DNA from: an uncultured Alphaproteobacteria bacterium
GTDB taxonomy: Bacteria; Pseudomonadota; Alphaproteobacteria; Rhizobiales; Xanthobacteraceae
Length of the DNA stretch: 64,000 bases
Direction: 5' to 3'
Assembly (NCBI GenBank): GCA_963847325.1
Contig: CAWJZD010000003.1
Span: 70,753 to 134,752, forward strand
The translations under genes and the position numbers were made by a program. Of this stretch, positions 20,796 through 30,487 are shown piece after piece. The first letter of the stretch is position 1. Each line of letters starts with the position of its first letter. The notes under the pieces are model-generated. The model did not search any database, was not told the DNA's origin, and worked only from the letters and a program-made list of their open reading frames with translations.

Positions 20796-21716
20796 ATGGA
20801 CGTCGGGCTGCTCGCCCAATACGTCATGAACGGGCTCATGCTCGGCATGATGTACGCCCTCGTGGCGGTGGGCTTTACGCTGTTCTTCGGCGTGCTCGAC
20901 GTCATCAAGTTCTCGCACGGTGACGTGCTCACGGTTGGCGCGTTTACCGCGCTCGCCACCTACGTCGGGATGGAGGTCGCCGGGCTTCGCTATCCCTGGC
21001 TCGAACTGATCGTTTTGTTGATCACTTCGACACTCGGCATGGCCTTCCTCGGCATGCTGATAGCGCGTTATCTCGTGCTGCCGTTGCGCTCGGCGCCCGC
21101 GCTCAACACGCTGCTGATCACGCTGATGCTCGGCACCGTGCTGCGCGAAAGCGTGCGGCTGTTCTATCCGCAGGGCGCCAATCCGAAGCCTTTTCCAGCG
21201 CTGTTGCCGCGCGGCTCGATCGATTTCGGCCAACTCAACCTTCGGCTCGACAACGCCATCATGCTGCTGGCCGGCGTGCTGGTGATCGTCGCCCTTCAAT
21301 ATCTGCTCAATCGCACCAAGCTAGGCCTTGCCATCCGCGCCGTTGCGCAGGACGAAGAAACCGCGCGCGCCATGGGCGTCAACTTCACCCAGGTGGTGCT
21401 GATCACCTTCGCGATCGGCTCGGCACTCGCCGCTTTTGCCGGAGTGATGAACGGGCTCTACTACAACGAGATCAATTTCGGCATCGGTCTCTATCTTGGC
21501 GTGGTCGGCTTCGCCGCGGCGATCATCGGCGGGCTCGGCAGCGTCTATGGCGCGATTCTCGGCGGCTTCCTGTTCGCCGCCCTGCAGACGATCGGCGCGG
21601 TCGCCCTGCCGTTCGCCTCCGCCTACAAGGACGTGTTCGCCTTCGGCGTGGTGATCGCCTTGATGGCCTGGCGCCCGACCGGACTGATCCAGGAAAAGAT
21701 CAGTGAGCGGGTTTAG
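20796..21716 (+). CDS. LivH-type ABC permease
   Basis: YALVAVGFTLFFGV, TKLGLAIRAVAQD, IIGGLGS, RPTGL. Confidence 0.93.
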   Translation: MDVGLLAQYVMNGLMLGMMYALVAVGFTLFFGVLDVIKFSHGDVLTVGAFTALATYVGMEVAGLRYPWLELIVLLITSTLGMAFLGMLIARYLVLPLRSAPALNTLLITLMLGTVLRESVRLFYPQGANPKPFPALLPRGSIDFGQLNLRLDNAIMLLAGVLVIVALQYLLNRTKLGLAIRAVAQDEETARAMGVNFTQVVLITFAIGSALAAFAGVMNGLYYNEINFGIGLYLGVVGFAAAIIGGLGSVYGAILGGFLFAALQTIGAVALPFASAYKDVFAFGVVIALMAWRPTGLIQEKISERV

Positions 21717-21719
21717 GCC

Positions 21720-22871
21720 GTGACGTCGTCCGCACGCGCATCGCTTTGGCCTGGCCTCGCAACGCTGGCGCTCGCCACCGTCTATCTGATCGCGCTGCTC
21801 GGCGTCGAAAAGCAGTCGCTCATCATCGGCTTGCTGGCCGCCGGCATTGTCGTCGTAGTCGCTGCCGGCTGGTTCGGCTGGCTCGGTCCGCTCAGCCGGT
21901 CCTTTACCGAACGCGAGGATGCGCTCGGCCTATGGGCCATCGTTTCGCTGTGTGTCGTCGCCGCCTGGTTTCGCGAGGACCATTTCGTTCTGCTGCTCGT
22001 CCTCACCGTCATGCTCTACACGGTCGCGACGCTGGGGCTGAACGTGCAGTTCGGCTATGCCGGCGTGCTGAATTTCGCCGGCGCATCGTTCTTCGGCATC
22101 GGCGCCTATACGTCGGCGGTGCTCAACACCACGGCGGTGCCGCATCTGCTGGTCCTTCTGATCGGCGGCCTGCTCGCTGCGTTGATCGGCTCGCTCTTGC
22201 TGCTGCCGGTGCTGCGCACGCGCGGCCACTACGCAGCGCTGGTGACCATCGCTTTCGCGCTGCTGCTCAAGACATTCCTCGAGGTCAACGACGTGCTCGG
22301 CGGCCCGCAGGGGATGCAGGTGCGCTCGATGAACATCCTCGGCTGGTCGTTCAACAGCAATATCGAGATCGCCGGGATTTCCCTGTCGTTCTACATGAAC
22401 TACTTCGTGGTCGCCCTGCTGTTGCTGGTCGCCGCCTTCGTGCTGGTGCGGCGGCTCGAGCGCTCATGGATCGGGCTCAATTTCGATGCGCTGCGGCTCG
22501 ACGAAACGGCGGCCTCCTGCTTCGGGCTCAACATCGTGCGCTGGAAGATCACCGCATTCCTGCTCGGCAATTTTCTGATCGGCATTGCCGGCGCGCTGTT
22601 CGGCATGGTCGGCGGCTTCGTCGCGCCCAACAACTACACCTTCGCGGACTCGCTCATTCTCGTGTCGATCCTGTTGCTCGGCGGGATCGGCAATCCGTGG
22701 GGCATCGTCGCCGCCACGATCATCGTCGTGGTGGTGCCCGAGAAGCTGCAGACCATTCAGGAATATCGCTTCCTGCTCTACGCCGCGATGGTGATCGCGG
22801 TCCTGCTGTTCCGGCCGGAAGGCCTGCTGCCGCGCCCGGTACGGAAATATTTCCCGGGAGGCGCGGCATGA
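21720..22871 (+). CDS. LivM-type ABC permease
   Basis: GLNVQFGYAG, LRTRGHY, LLGGIGN, RPEGLLP. Confidence 0.92.
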   Translation: MTSSARASLWPGLATLALATVYLIALLGVEKQSLIIGLLAAGIVVVVAAGWFGWLGPLSRSFTEREDALGLWAIVSLCVVAAWFREDHFVLLLVLTVMLYTVATLGLNVQFGYAGVLNFAGASFFGIGAYTSAVLNTTAVPHLLVLLIGGLLAALIGSLLLLPVLRTRGHYAALVTIAFALLLKTFLEVNDVLGGPQGMQVRSMNILGWSFNSNIEIAGISLSFYMNYFVVALLLLVAAFVLVRRLERSWIGLNFDALRLDETAASCFGLNIVRWKITAFLLGNFLIGIAGALFGMVGGFVAPNNYTFADSLILVSILLLGGIGNPWGIVAATIIVVVVPEKLQTIQEYRFLLYAAMVIAVLLFRPEGLLPRPVRKYFPGGAA

Positions 22872-23638
22872 GCCTCCTGGAAGCGCGGGCGCTCACCAAG
22901 ACATTCGGCGGCGTGGTGGCGCTCGACCGGCTCGACCTGGCGGTCGAGCGCAACGAAATCCTCGGACTGATCGGGCCGAACGGCTCCGGCAAGACGACGT
23001 TCTTCAACGTCGTCACCGGCATTTATGGCGCCGACCACGGCGACATCAGCTTCGACGGCGCGCCGATCACCACGGCCTCGCCGCAAGCCGTCTATCACGC
23101 CGGCATCTCGCGGACGTTCCAACGCTCGCGGCTGTCACTGCCGCTGTCGATCTTCGACAACATCATGGTCGGCAACCACAAGCGGTTGACGCAAGGGCTC
23201 TGGTTCAACCTGGCGCGCCGCAAGGACTTCAAGCGCGAGTTCGACGCTAACTACGCATCGGCGCGCGCATTGGTCGAAGTGTTCGAGCCGCGACTCGCCA
23301 CCCGGATGCACGAGCCGGTTGCCGGTCTGCCGATGATCGACCGGCGCCGCATCGAGATTTGCCGCGCACTGATCTCACAGCCCAAGCTGCTGCTGCTCGA
23401 TGAGCCGTCCGCCGGCATGACACATGAGGAAACCAAGGCGCTGATGGACGACATCCTTCAGGTTCGCGACCTGAACAAGGACCTGACAATCGTCATCGTC
23501 GAGCACGAAATGGGCGTGATCGAGCGCATCACCTCGCGCTGCGTGGTGCTGAATTTCGGCAAGAAGATCGCGGAAGGGCCGTATCGGCAGGTCGCCACCG
23601 ACCCGCAGGTGCAAGAAGCCTATCTGGGAACGGCCTGA
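22868..23638 (+). CDS. LivG-type ABC ATPase
   Basis: The true start is ATG 22868 (MSLLEARALTKTFGG). GPNGSGKTT, LLLDEPSAG, VEHEM. Confidence 0.92.
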   Translation: MSLLEARALTKTFGGVVALDRLDLAVERNEILGLIGPNGSGKTTFFNVVTGIYGADHGDISFDGAPITTASPQAVYHAGISRTFQRSRLSLPLSIFDNIMVGNHKRLTQGLWFNLARRKDFKREFDANYASARALVEVFEPRLATRMHEPVAGLPMIDRRRIEICRALISQPKLLLLDEPSAGMTHEETKALMDDILQVRDLNKDLTIVIVEHEMGVIERITSRCVVLNFGKKIAEGPYRQVATDPQVQEAYLGTA

Positions 23639-24348
23639 TGTCAGCGCGCATGACCATCGAAGCCGTCACCACCGCCTACGACAAGGCGGATGTGCTCAAC
23701 GGCGTCACGCTGACGATCGAACCGGGCCGCATCACCTGCCTGCTCGGCTCGAACGGCTCGGGCAAGACCACACTCATTCGCTCGATTCTCGGACTGACGC
23801 CGGCGCGGGCCGGGCGGATCATGTTTGACGGCCAGGACATCACCCGGCTTCCGACCCACAAAGTAATTGCCGCCGGCGTGGCCTGCATCCCGGAAGGCCG
23901 CAAGGTGTTGCCGAAATTCACGGTCGAAGAGAATCTCCGGCTCGGCGCTTATCAGGAAAGCTCGGATACGGTCACGCGGCAGCGGATCGACGAAATTTAC
24001 GCGCTGTTCCCGCGCCTCGCCGAGCGCCGCGCCCAGCTGGCCGGCACGATGTCGGGCGGCGAGCAGGCCATGGTCTCGATCGGCCGCGGCCTGATGCGGG
24101 CGCCGAAGCTCCTCTTGATCGACGAGCCTTCGCTCGGCCTGTCGCCACGCTTGGTGCAGGAGAACTTCCGCATCATCAAGGACATCAACGCCCGCGGGAT
24201 TACCGTCTTTCTGGTCGAGCAGAACGTGCATCAGACGCTGGCGATTGCCCACCATGGCTATGTGCTGTCGAAGGGCCGGGTCGTGGCATCCGGGACGCCG
24301 GAGGAACTCGCCGGGCGCGCCGAAGTGCGTGAGGCCTATTTCGGCTGA
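23638..24348 (+). CDS. LivF-type ABC ATPase
   Basis: GSNGSGKTT, MSGGEQ, DEPSLGLSP, VEQN. Confidence 0.93.
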   Translation: MSARMTIEAVTTAYDKADVLNGVTLTIEPGRITCLLGSNGSGKTTLIRSILGLTPARAGRIMFDGQDITRLPTHKVIAAGVACIPEGRKVLPKFTVEENLRLGAYQESSDTVTRQRIDEIYALFPRLAERRAQLAGTMSGGEQAMVSIGRGLMRAPKLLLIDEPSLGLSPRLVQENFRIIKDINARGITVFLVEQNVHQTLAIAHHGYVLSKGRVVASGTPEELAGRAEVREAYFG

Positions 24349-24414
24349 GTTTTCCAACGCCGCATTGGCGTTGCCGCGGCGGCTGGATTATCGATAGGCG
24401 ATTGTGAGAGCCGC

Positions 24415-25095
24415 ATGACTGACAAGGAAACCATCGCCGAAGAGACCGCGCGCATCTATCTCGACACCGGCGCGGTGCGCTTCATGGAGGGGAAGCCCTT
24501 TATCTTCACCTCGGGCTGGGCGAGCCCGGTTTACAACGACTCGCGCTGGCTGATCTCGTTTCCGGTCGAGCGCACCAAGTTGATGCGCTACATGGTCGAC
24601 ACGATCGATCGCGATATCGGCCGCGACGAGATCGATGCAGTGGCAGGCGGCGAGACCGCCGGCATCGCCTTCGCCGCCTGGGTCGCCGAGCGGCTCGGCC
24701 TGCCGATGCAATATATCCGCAAGAAGCCGAAGGGCTTCGGCCGCGGCGCGCAGATCGAAGGTCAGTTGAAGGATGGCCAGCGGGTGCTGCTGGTCGAAGA
24801 TCTCGCCACCGACGGCAAGAGCAAGGTCAATTTCGTCAAGGCGATCCGCGACGCCGGGGGCGTCTGCGACCACTGCATCGTGATTTTCTTCTACGGCATC
24901 TATCCGCAGAGCAAGAAGATCCTGGGCGATCTCGGCGTGACTTTGCATTCGCTCACCACCTGGTGGGACGTGCTCGCGGTCGCCAAGGCCAGCAACAAAT
25001 TCGATCCGAAGATGCTGGCCGAGGTCGAGAAGTTCATGCACGATCCGGCCGGCTGGTCGAAGGCGCACGGAGGCGCAAGCGAAGCGGCCGAGTAG
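24415..25095 (+). CDS. pyrE: Orotate phosphoribosyltransferase
   Basis: FIFTSGWASPVY, GGETAGI, RKKPKGFG, and the PRPP motif VLLVEDLATDGKS. Confidence 0.93.
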   Translation: MTDKETIAEETARIYLDTGAVRFMEGKPFIFTSGWASPVYNDSRWLISFPVERTKLMRYMVDTIDRDIGRDEIDAVAGGETAGIAFAAWVAERLGLPMQYIRKKPKGFGRGAQIEGQLKDGQRVLLVEDLATDGKSKVNFVKAIRDAGGVCDHCIVIFFYGIYPQSKKILGDLGVTLHSLTTWWDVLAVAKASNKFDPKMLAEVEKFMHDPAGWSKAHGGASEAAE

Positions 25096-25101
25096 CGTTT
25101 C

Positions 25102-25206
25102 CCGTCATCCTGAGGTGCGAGGCGAACCGAGCCTCGAAGGATGACAGCCCGGATGTCGCCGTTCATCCTTCGAGGGCGGCCTGCGGCCGCCGCCTCAGAA
25201 TGACGG
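25102..25206. repeat. Palindromic intergenic element (alphaproteobacterial REP/RIME-like cruciform)
   Basis: Outer inverted repeat CCGTCATCCTGAGG / CCTCAGAATGACGG, inner inverted repeat CTCGAAGGATGA / TCATCCTTCGAG, plus two side hairpins. Lies between convergent genes. Confidence 0.82.
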
Positions 25207-25683
25207 ATTGAGCTTCCGCTTCAGCCGCGTCACCGCCAAATCCAGCGCCGACAGAAAGCGCGAGATGTCCTGCCGTGACAATGGCGGCGGGCCGCGTGTC
25301 GTCGCGCCGGCGGAACGCAAATCCGCCATCAGGTCACGTGTCGCAACCGCCATGCCGATCGCATCATCGTCGAACAGCTTGCCGGTCGTGCCGATTACCG
25401 TTGCCCCGTTTCGTACGCAACGCCCCGCCAGGGGAATGTCGGCAGTGATAACGATGTCGGCTGGCCCGGCGCGCTCCGCGATCCAGTTGTCGGCGATGTC
25501 AGGGCCTTCGTTGACGATGACCCGTTCGATCATCTCGCTGCGCGGCACCGCCATGAACGAGTTGGCGACGATATAGACCTTGAGTTCGTAACGCTCCGCA
25601 ACGCGATAGATTTCAGGCTTCACCGGGCAGGCGTCGGCATCGACAAAGACGCGGATCGACGCAGGCTTTTGAGTCTCTTCCAT
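25195..25683 (-). CDS. YaiI/YqxD (UPF0178) family protein
   Basis: [33 protein letters not shown]. Likely start is ATG 25683. Confidence 0.9.
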   Translation of the reverse strand: MEETQKPASIRVFVDADACPVKPEIYRVAERYELKVYIVANSFMAVPRSEMIERVIVNEGPDIADNWIAERAGPADIVITADIPLAGRCVRNGATVIGTTGKLFDDDAIGMAVATRDLMADLRSAGATTRGPPPLSRQDISRFLSALDLAVTRLKRKLNPSF

Positions 25684-25727
25684 GGCTTCCGGCGCCGTGT
25701 TCCAATCGCCGTGACAGGGAGGCATCA

Positions 25728-26150
25728 ATGGCCAACGCAGAATCCAAAGTCCAGACGAGTGCCGGTACGGAGCAAAAATTAGCCTTCAGCCATCTGCGCG
25801 AGCAGGACTTCGATCAAGGCCTGCGGCCTTATTCGGCTTACCGCGATCTCGGCTTCGCCAAGGCCACCGGAGGGCAATTGCAGGCGCATGTCATACGCAT
25901 GACCAAGCCGTTCGACGCCAAAGAAGTCGCCATCCCGCACTACCATGACGTCGAATTCCAGATGGTCTATGTGCTCAAAGGCTGGTTTCGGACCGAATTC
26001 GAAGGCCATGGCGCGGAAACGTTTCACGCCGGCTCGTCGTGGATCCAACCGCCGAAGATCAAGCACACCGTGGTCGGCTATTCCGACGACTGCGAGCTGC
26101 TCGAGATCGTGCTGCCGGCCGAGTTCGAGACGGTGACGCTGGCGAAATAG
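25728..26150 (+). CDS. Cupin domain protein
   Basis: [16 protein letters not shown]...QPPKIKH two-motif cupin. GGGAGG RBS. Confidence 0.88.
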   Translation: MANAESKVQTSAGTEQKLAFSHLREQDFDQGLRPYSAYRDLGFAKATGGQLQAHVIRMTKPFDAKEVAIPHYHDVEFQMVYVLKGWFRTEFEGHGAETFHAGSSWIQPPKIKHTVVGYSDDCELLEIVLPAEFETVTLAK

Positions 26151-27741
26151 TCAGTGCCGCCACTCCGGCTTCGGCACCGGCGTCCACGTCCGCTTGAGCT
26201 TGAGGTCATCGGCGATCGCATTGGCCGCGATGTAGCCGGCCGCGCCATTGGCGCCGCCGCCATTGCCCGACGACGAGCCGCACAGATAGAGCCCCTCCAC
26301 CGGCGTGCGTGAGCCCGGCATCAGCGGATGCGGCCGGTTGATGCCGAGCTGGTTCGGGATATAGGCGCCCATGCGCACCGCGCCCTGCACCATGTTGACG
26401 TTGTGGCGCGAGAGATCGCGCGGCGTGTAGAGATAGCTGCCGATGATGTTGTCGTCGGTGAGATTGTCGGCGTACTCGCGCCAGACTTCGAGCAGCCGCG
26501 CCGTGTATTGCTTGCGGTTTTTCTCCCAGTTCTCCGGATCGCCATCGACCGCGAACGGCGCGAACGGCCACCAGAACGCGGTGTGCTCGCCCGGCGGCGC
26601 GTAGGTCGGATCGAACGCGCTGTTGCAGGCGCCGTTGCCCATCAGAATTTTCGGAAGCTTCTTCTCGGCGCATTCGCGGAAACAGCTTTCGACCTCCTCG
26701 ATGTCGTCCATGCCGAAGAAGATGTTGTAGGCCCGCGCAAAATCCGGATCGAATTTCTCGGCGCGATAGCGCGGCGCCTTTTTGAGCGCGAGATGCAGCG
26801 TCACCAGGCTGTGATTGCCCCAGTGCCAGCTCTTGGCCTTCTCGCGCACCGGCTCGGGGAACAGGTCTTCGCCGGCCATCCGCAGCGTGCCGGGAAAATC
26901 GATCGCGCTGGCGACGAATCTTCTTCGCCTCGATCGTGCGGCCGTCCGCCAGTTTGACGCCGGTGGCGCGGCCGTTCTTGCAGCTGATTTCCTTGACGTC
27001 GGCGCCGGTAATGACCTCCCCGCCGCCCGCTTCGACCACCCGTTGCAAAGCCTGCGCAATCGTCACCGCGCCGCCGATCGGCAGGCCGAAGCTCGCGATG
27101 TTGGCAAAGATCGCCGGAAACACCAGGCCGGCGCCCGGCACGTTCTCGGTGGTGATGACGTGCATGTAGGACGTGAACAAGGTGCGGATGCGCTCATCGA
27201 CGAAGTGCTTGCGCACCACGCTGAACAGGTCGTGCTGCGCGTGGCTGAGCAGCTCCTTGCCCTTGGCGCCGGACAGCGCCTCGACGACCTGCTCGCGCGG
27301 CATCGGCGCGTTGTAGAGCAGCGAGGCCAGCAGCGGCCGCATCTCGATGCAGTACGTGTTCCACAATTCGCGGAAGGTCTCGGCGTCCTGCTTGGAAAAG
27401 CGCGCCAGCGATTTGCAGGTCAGGTCGAGGTCGCGGTGGATGACGACGCAGGTGCCGTCGCGAAACGCCGCACCCTGCTGCACCGGCGGCTGGATGTAGG
27501 AGAAGCCGTAGCGCACCAGCTCGAGATCGTTGACGAGTGGGCAATGCCCCATCCCCATGAAGAAGCTGGCATGGGTGTTGAGCCGGAAGCCCGGCAGCGT
27601 CGTCGCGTCGGTCGAGGTGCCGCCGCCGATCCTGGCGTTGCGCTCCAGCACCGCGACCTTCAACCCGGCGCGGGTCAGATAGGCGGCCGTCGTCAGCCCG
27701 TTGTGTCCTGCGCCAATTACAACCGCGTCGTAGGCCGTCAT
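26151..27741 (-). CDS. FAD-dependent oxidoreductase, phytoene-desaturase-like (COG1233); frameshift near 26920
   Basis: VIGAGHNGLTTAAYL, LERNARIGG in ORF 26206 and RTPVEGLYLCGS..GGG.NGAAG in ORF 26151. Confidence 0.87.
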
Positions 27742-27870
27742 GTGTCCTCGCTGTCAGGCAGAAAGCCTAACGTGGGCCGAAAGGCGTCACAACGCGCCTT
27801 GCCAAACAAGTGCCGTCAATGATGGACTAAGTGCGCAACAAGGCGCCGCGTCTTTCATCGGGAGAAAGCC

Positions 27871-29281
27871 ATGATAGTGACCAAGCTCGATCGCCGCTCA
27901 ATGCTGATGGCGACGAGTGCATTCGCCGCCGCGACAATGCTGCCGCGCGGTGTCGCAGCGCAGGGTGCGGCTCCCGGCACACCGCCTGCGCGCGCCGAGT
28001 TCGTGATCCGCGGCGCCTACGTGCTGACGATGGATCCGGCGATCGCCGACCTGCCGACTGGCGACGTCCATGTGCGGGACGGCGCGATTGTCGCCGTGGC
28101 GCCGCGCATCGAGGCCGGGTCCGCCATCAGCATCGACGGCAAGGGCATGATCTGCATGCCCGGTCTGGTCGAGACGCACTGGCATCATTGGACCAACATC
28201 CTGCGCTCGTTCATGCGCGCCGAGGATCCGCAACGCACCTATTTCCCGGTCACTGCAAAGTACGGACCGCATTACACGCCGGAGGTCAGCTACCGCAGCG
28301 CGCGCATCGGCCTCGCCGAGGCGCTGTCGGCCGGCATCACCACCACGCAGAACTGGAACCACAACACGCGCAGCTACGAGCATGCCGAAGCCGAGATGCG
28401 CGCCATGCACGACATCGGGATTCGCGGCCGCTTCGCCTATGGCACCCCGCAGGGCCATCCGAACGACAAGCCGATGGATTTCGCCGGCCTGGAGCGCGCC
28501 AAGCGCGACTGGAGCAAGGAAGACGGCCTGCTGCTGCTCGCGATCTGCTCGCGCAGCGTCGACAATGCCAATGCCGGAACGCGCGGCACGATCAGCCCCG
28601 ACCTGGCAAAGATGGAATGGGGCAAGGCGCGCGAGCTCGGCCTGCCGATTACCATGCACACATCGGGCACCGGCGGCATCAAGGTGCTCGACGAGGCCGG
28701 CCTGCTCGGCCGCGATGTGCAGCTCGTTCATCCGCTCAACACGACGGCCGAGGAGCGCGCGGCGCTGGCGCGCAACGGCACGAGCTACAGCATCTCCCCG
28801 GTCGGAGAAGCGCGCCGGCCGGGCGAGATTCAGTTCGTCGAAATGCACGAGGCCGGCGTCAAGATGAGTCTGTCGGTCGACCACATCACGACCTACGACG
28901 CCAACCTGTTCGACTCGATGCGCTTCCTGGCGACGGTCGTGCAGCACAAGCACGGCAGCAAGTTCAAGCTCACCAGCAAGACGCTGGTCGAGATGGCGAC
29001 GATCGGCGGGGCGCGCGATCTCGGCTTTGGCGACAAGGTCGGCTCACTGACGCCCGGGCAAACGCGCCGACATCATCCTGCTGCGCCGGACCGACCTGAA
29101 CCTCGCCTTCGCCGATCCCTATGACGGCCTGGTCACCCTCGCCCAGCCCGCCAATGTGGACACGGTGATTGTCGATGGCCGCATCCTGCGCCGGCGCAAT
29201 CAGTTCACCGTGCTCGATATGGGAAAAATGATGGAAGAGACCGCGGAGTTGGTCGAGTTTCTCAGGTCGAAGGCGGGCTAA
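27871..29281 (+). CDS. Metal-dependent amidohydrolase (SsnA/AtzA/MtaD-like deaminase) with twin-arginine signal; frameshift near 29058
   Basis: LDRRSMLM Tat motif, MPGLVETHWH, ITMH, VH, SVD. After GSLTPG the protein continues as KRADII...NVDTVIVDGRI in the next frame to TAA 29279-29281. Confidence 0.85.
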
Positions 29282-29865
29282 CCCACGCCGATACCGCTCA
29301 TGAAATTCTGCCGGATGCGGACCGGGTCGCGTTCGACTTCACCGACGCCTGGTTGATTGTCGATCCGCGCGGCAATCAGGCTCGGCCCGCCGGACAGCGC
29401 TTCTTTCACGCGCCTGTCGAAATCGTCTTCGTCGGCGGCCCAATGGGCCTTGGCGATGCCGGAAGCGCGAGCAATTTCAACGAGATCAGCGGCGGTGGTC
29501 GCGGTCGGTTGCGATCCGGTGATCTGATAGATGCCGTTGTCCCAGACGATGATCGTCAGATTCTTCGGCGCGCGAACGGCGACGGTCGAAAGACAGCCGA
29601 GCTGCATCAAGAGCGAGCCGTCGCCCTCGAGCGCAAGCACATGGCGCTGCGGCTGCGCAATCGCGACACCGAGCGCAATCGGCACCGTCAGCCCCATGCT
29701 GCCCAGCATGTAGAAATTCTGCGGACGCTGGCCGCTCGCCCACAGATCGAAATTGCTGTTGCCGATGCCGCCGATCACGGCCTCATCGCGCTTGAGCTGG
29801 CCGACCAGCCGCTTGGTCAGCGCGAAGCGGTTCATGACCTTGGCGTTGTGAGCCGGCGTGCTCAT
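29278..29865 (-). CDS. TPP-binding decarboxylase beta subunit (sulfopyruvate/phosphonopyruvate decarboxylase ComE-like)
   Basis: NFYMLGSMG and the TPP motif GDGSLLM...DNG. Start ATG 29865 overlaps the alpha-subunit stop. Confidence 0.85.
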   Translation of the reverse strand: MSTPAHNAKVMNRFALTKRLVGQLKRDEAVIGGIGNSNFDLWASGQRPQNFYMLGSMGLTVPIALGVAIAQPQRHVLALEGDGSLLMQLGCLSTVAVRAPKNLTIIVWDNGIYQITGSQPTATTAADLVEIARASGIAKAHWAADEDDFDRRVKEALSGGPSLIAARIDNQPGVGEVERDPVRIRQNFMSGIGVG

Positions 29866-30390
29866 GCCTTGAACACTTTCCCGCCGGTCAGAAGCGGCGA
29901 CAGGATGAAACAGACCGGCGCCTGCGTTGCGACCGCCTGCTTGATCGAGCGATCGACGGAAAACTCCAGCTCGTCGAGCCGCGTGAGCGTGTGATTGACG
30001 ATGGCGATCGAATTCAGCACCGGCCGCATGGTGCGGCACACCAGCGCCTGGCCGAGGTTGAACTCGCCGAACACGCCGCGCTCCGACACGAACATGATGA
30101 GCGGGATCTGGCTCGGCACCACCAATGAGGCCAACGCATTGGCGATGCGTGCCAAACCCGGAGGTCTGCATGATCACCGCGGAGCGCATTCCGCCCATCC
30201 AGGCGCCGGTATTGATGCCGACCGCCTCCTCCTCGCGCGTGCAGGCGAAGGTGGTGAAGTCGTTGTCGGCGTGCAGCGAAGTGATCAGCGGCGTGAACAC
30301 CCGATCCGGCACATAGGTGACGAGCCTGACCTCGTTCGCCTTCAGCGTCGCCTGGATGATCTCATGCCAGGTGGAATTCGGTCCGGACAA
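29862..30390 (-). CDS. TPP decarboxylase alpha subunit (ComD-like); frameshift near 30150
   Basis: YVPD, TREEEAVG, MQTSGFG in one frame, then NALASL...SERG..GEFN.GQ in ORF 29862. The TTG start is inferred. Confidence 0.8.
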
Positions 30391-30487
30391 AACGCACGAC
30401 CCCTTTGAAGCGCGCGGGATATTAGCGCAGAGTTTGCCGCTGCCTACCCCTTCGCGCCTGCGGTGATTTCGTGCCAACCTTCATCTG

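Noticed and set aside
21746-23638. 630-aa ORF suggesting a permease-ATPase fusion
   Set aside because: The N-terminal part is an off-frame overlap with livM. The real ATPase starts at ATG 22868. The same artefact extends ORFs 16205, 40767..42821 and 45650..47692.
29278-30477. Single fused 399-aa TPP decarboxylase
   Set aside because: The middle of the ORF is off-frame. Repairing one frameshift gives separate alpha and beta genes with an ATGA overlap at 29862-29865.
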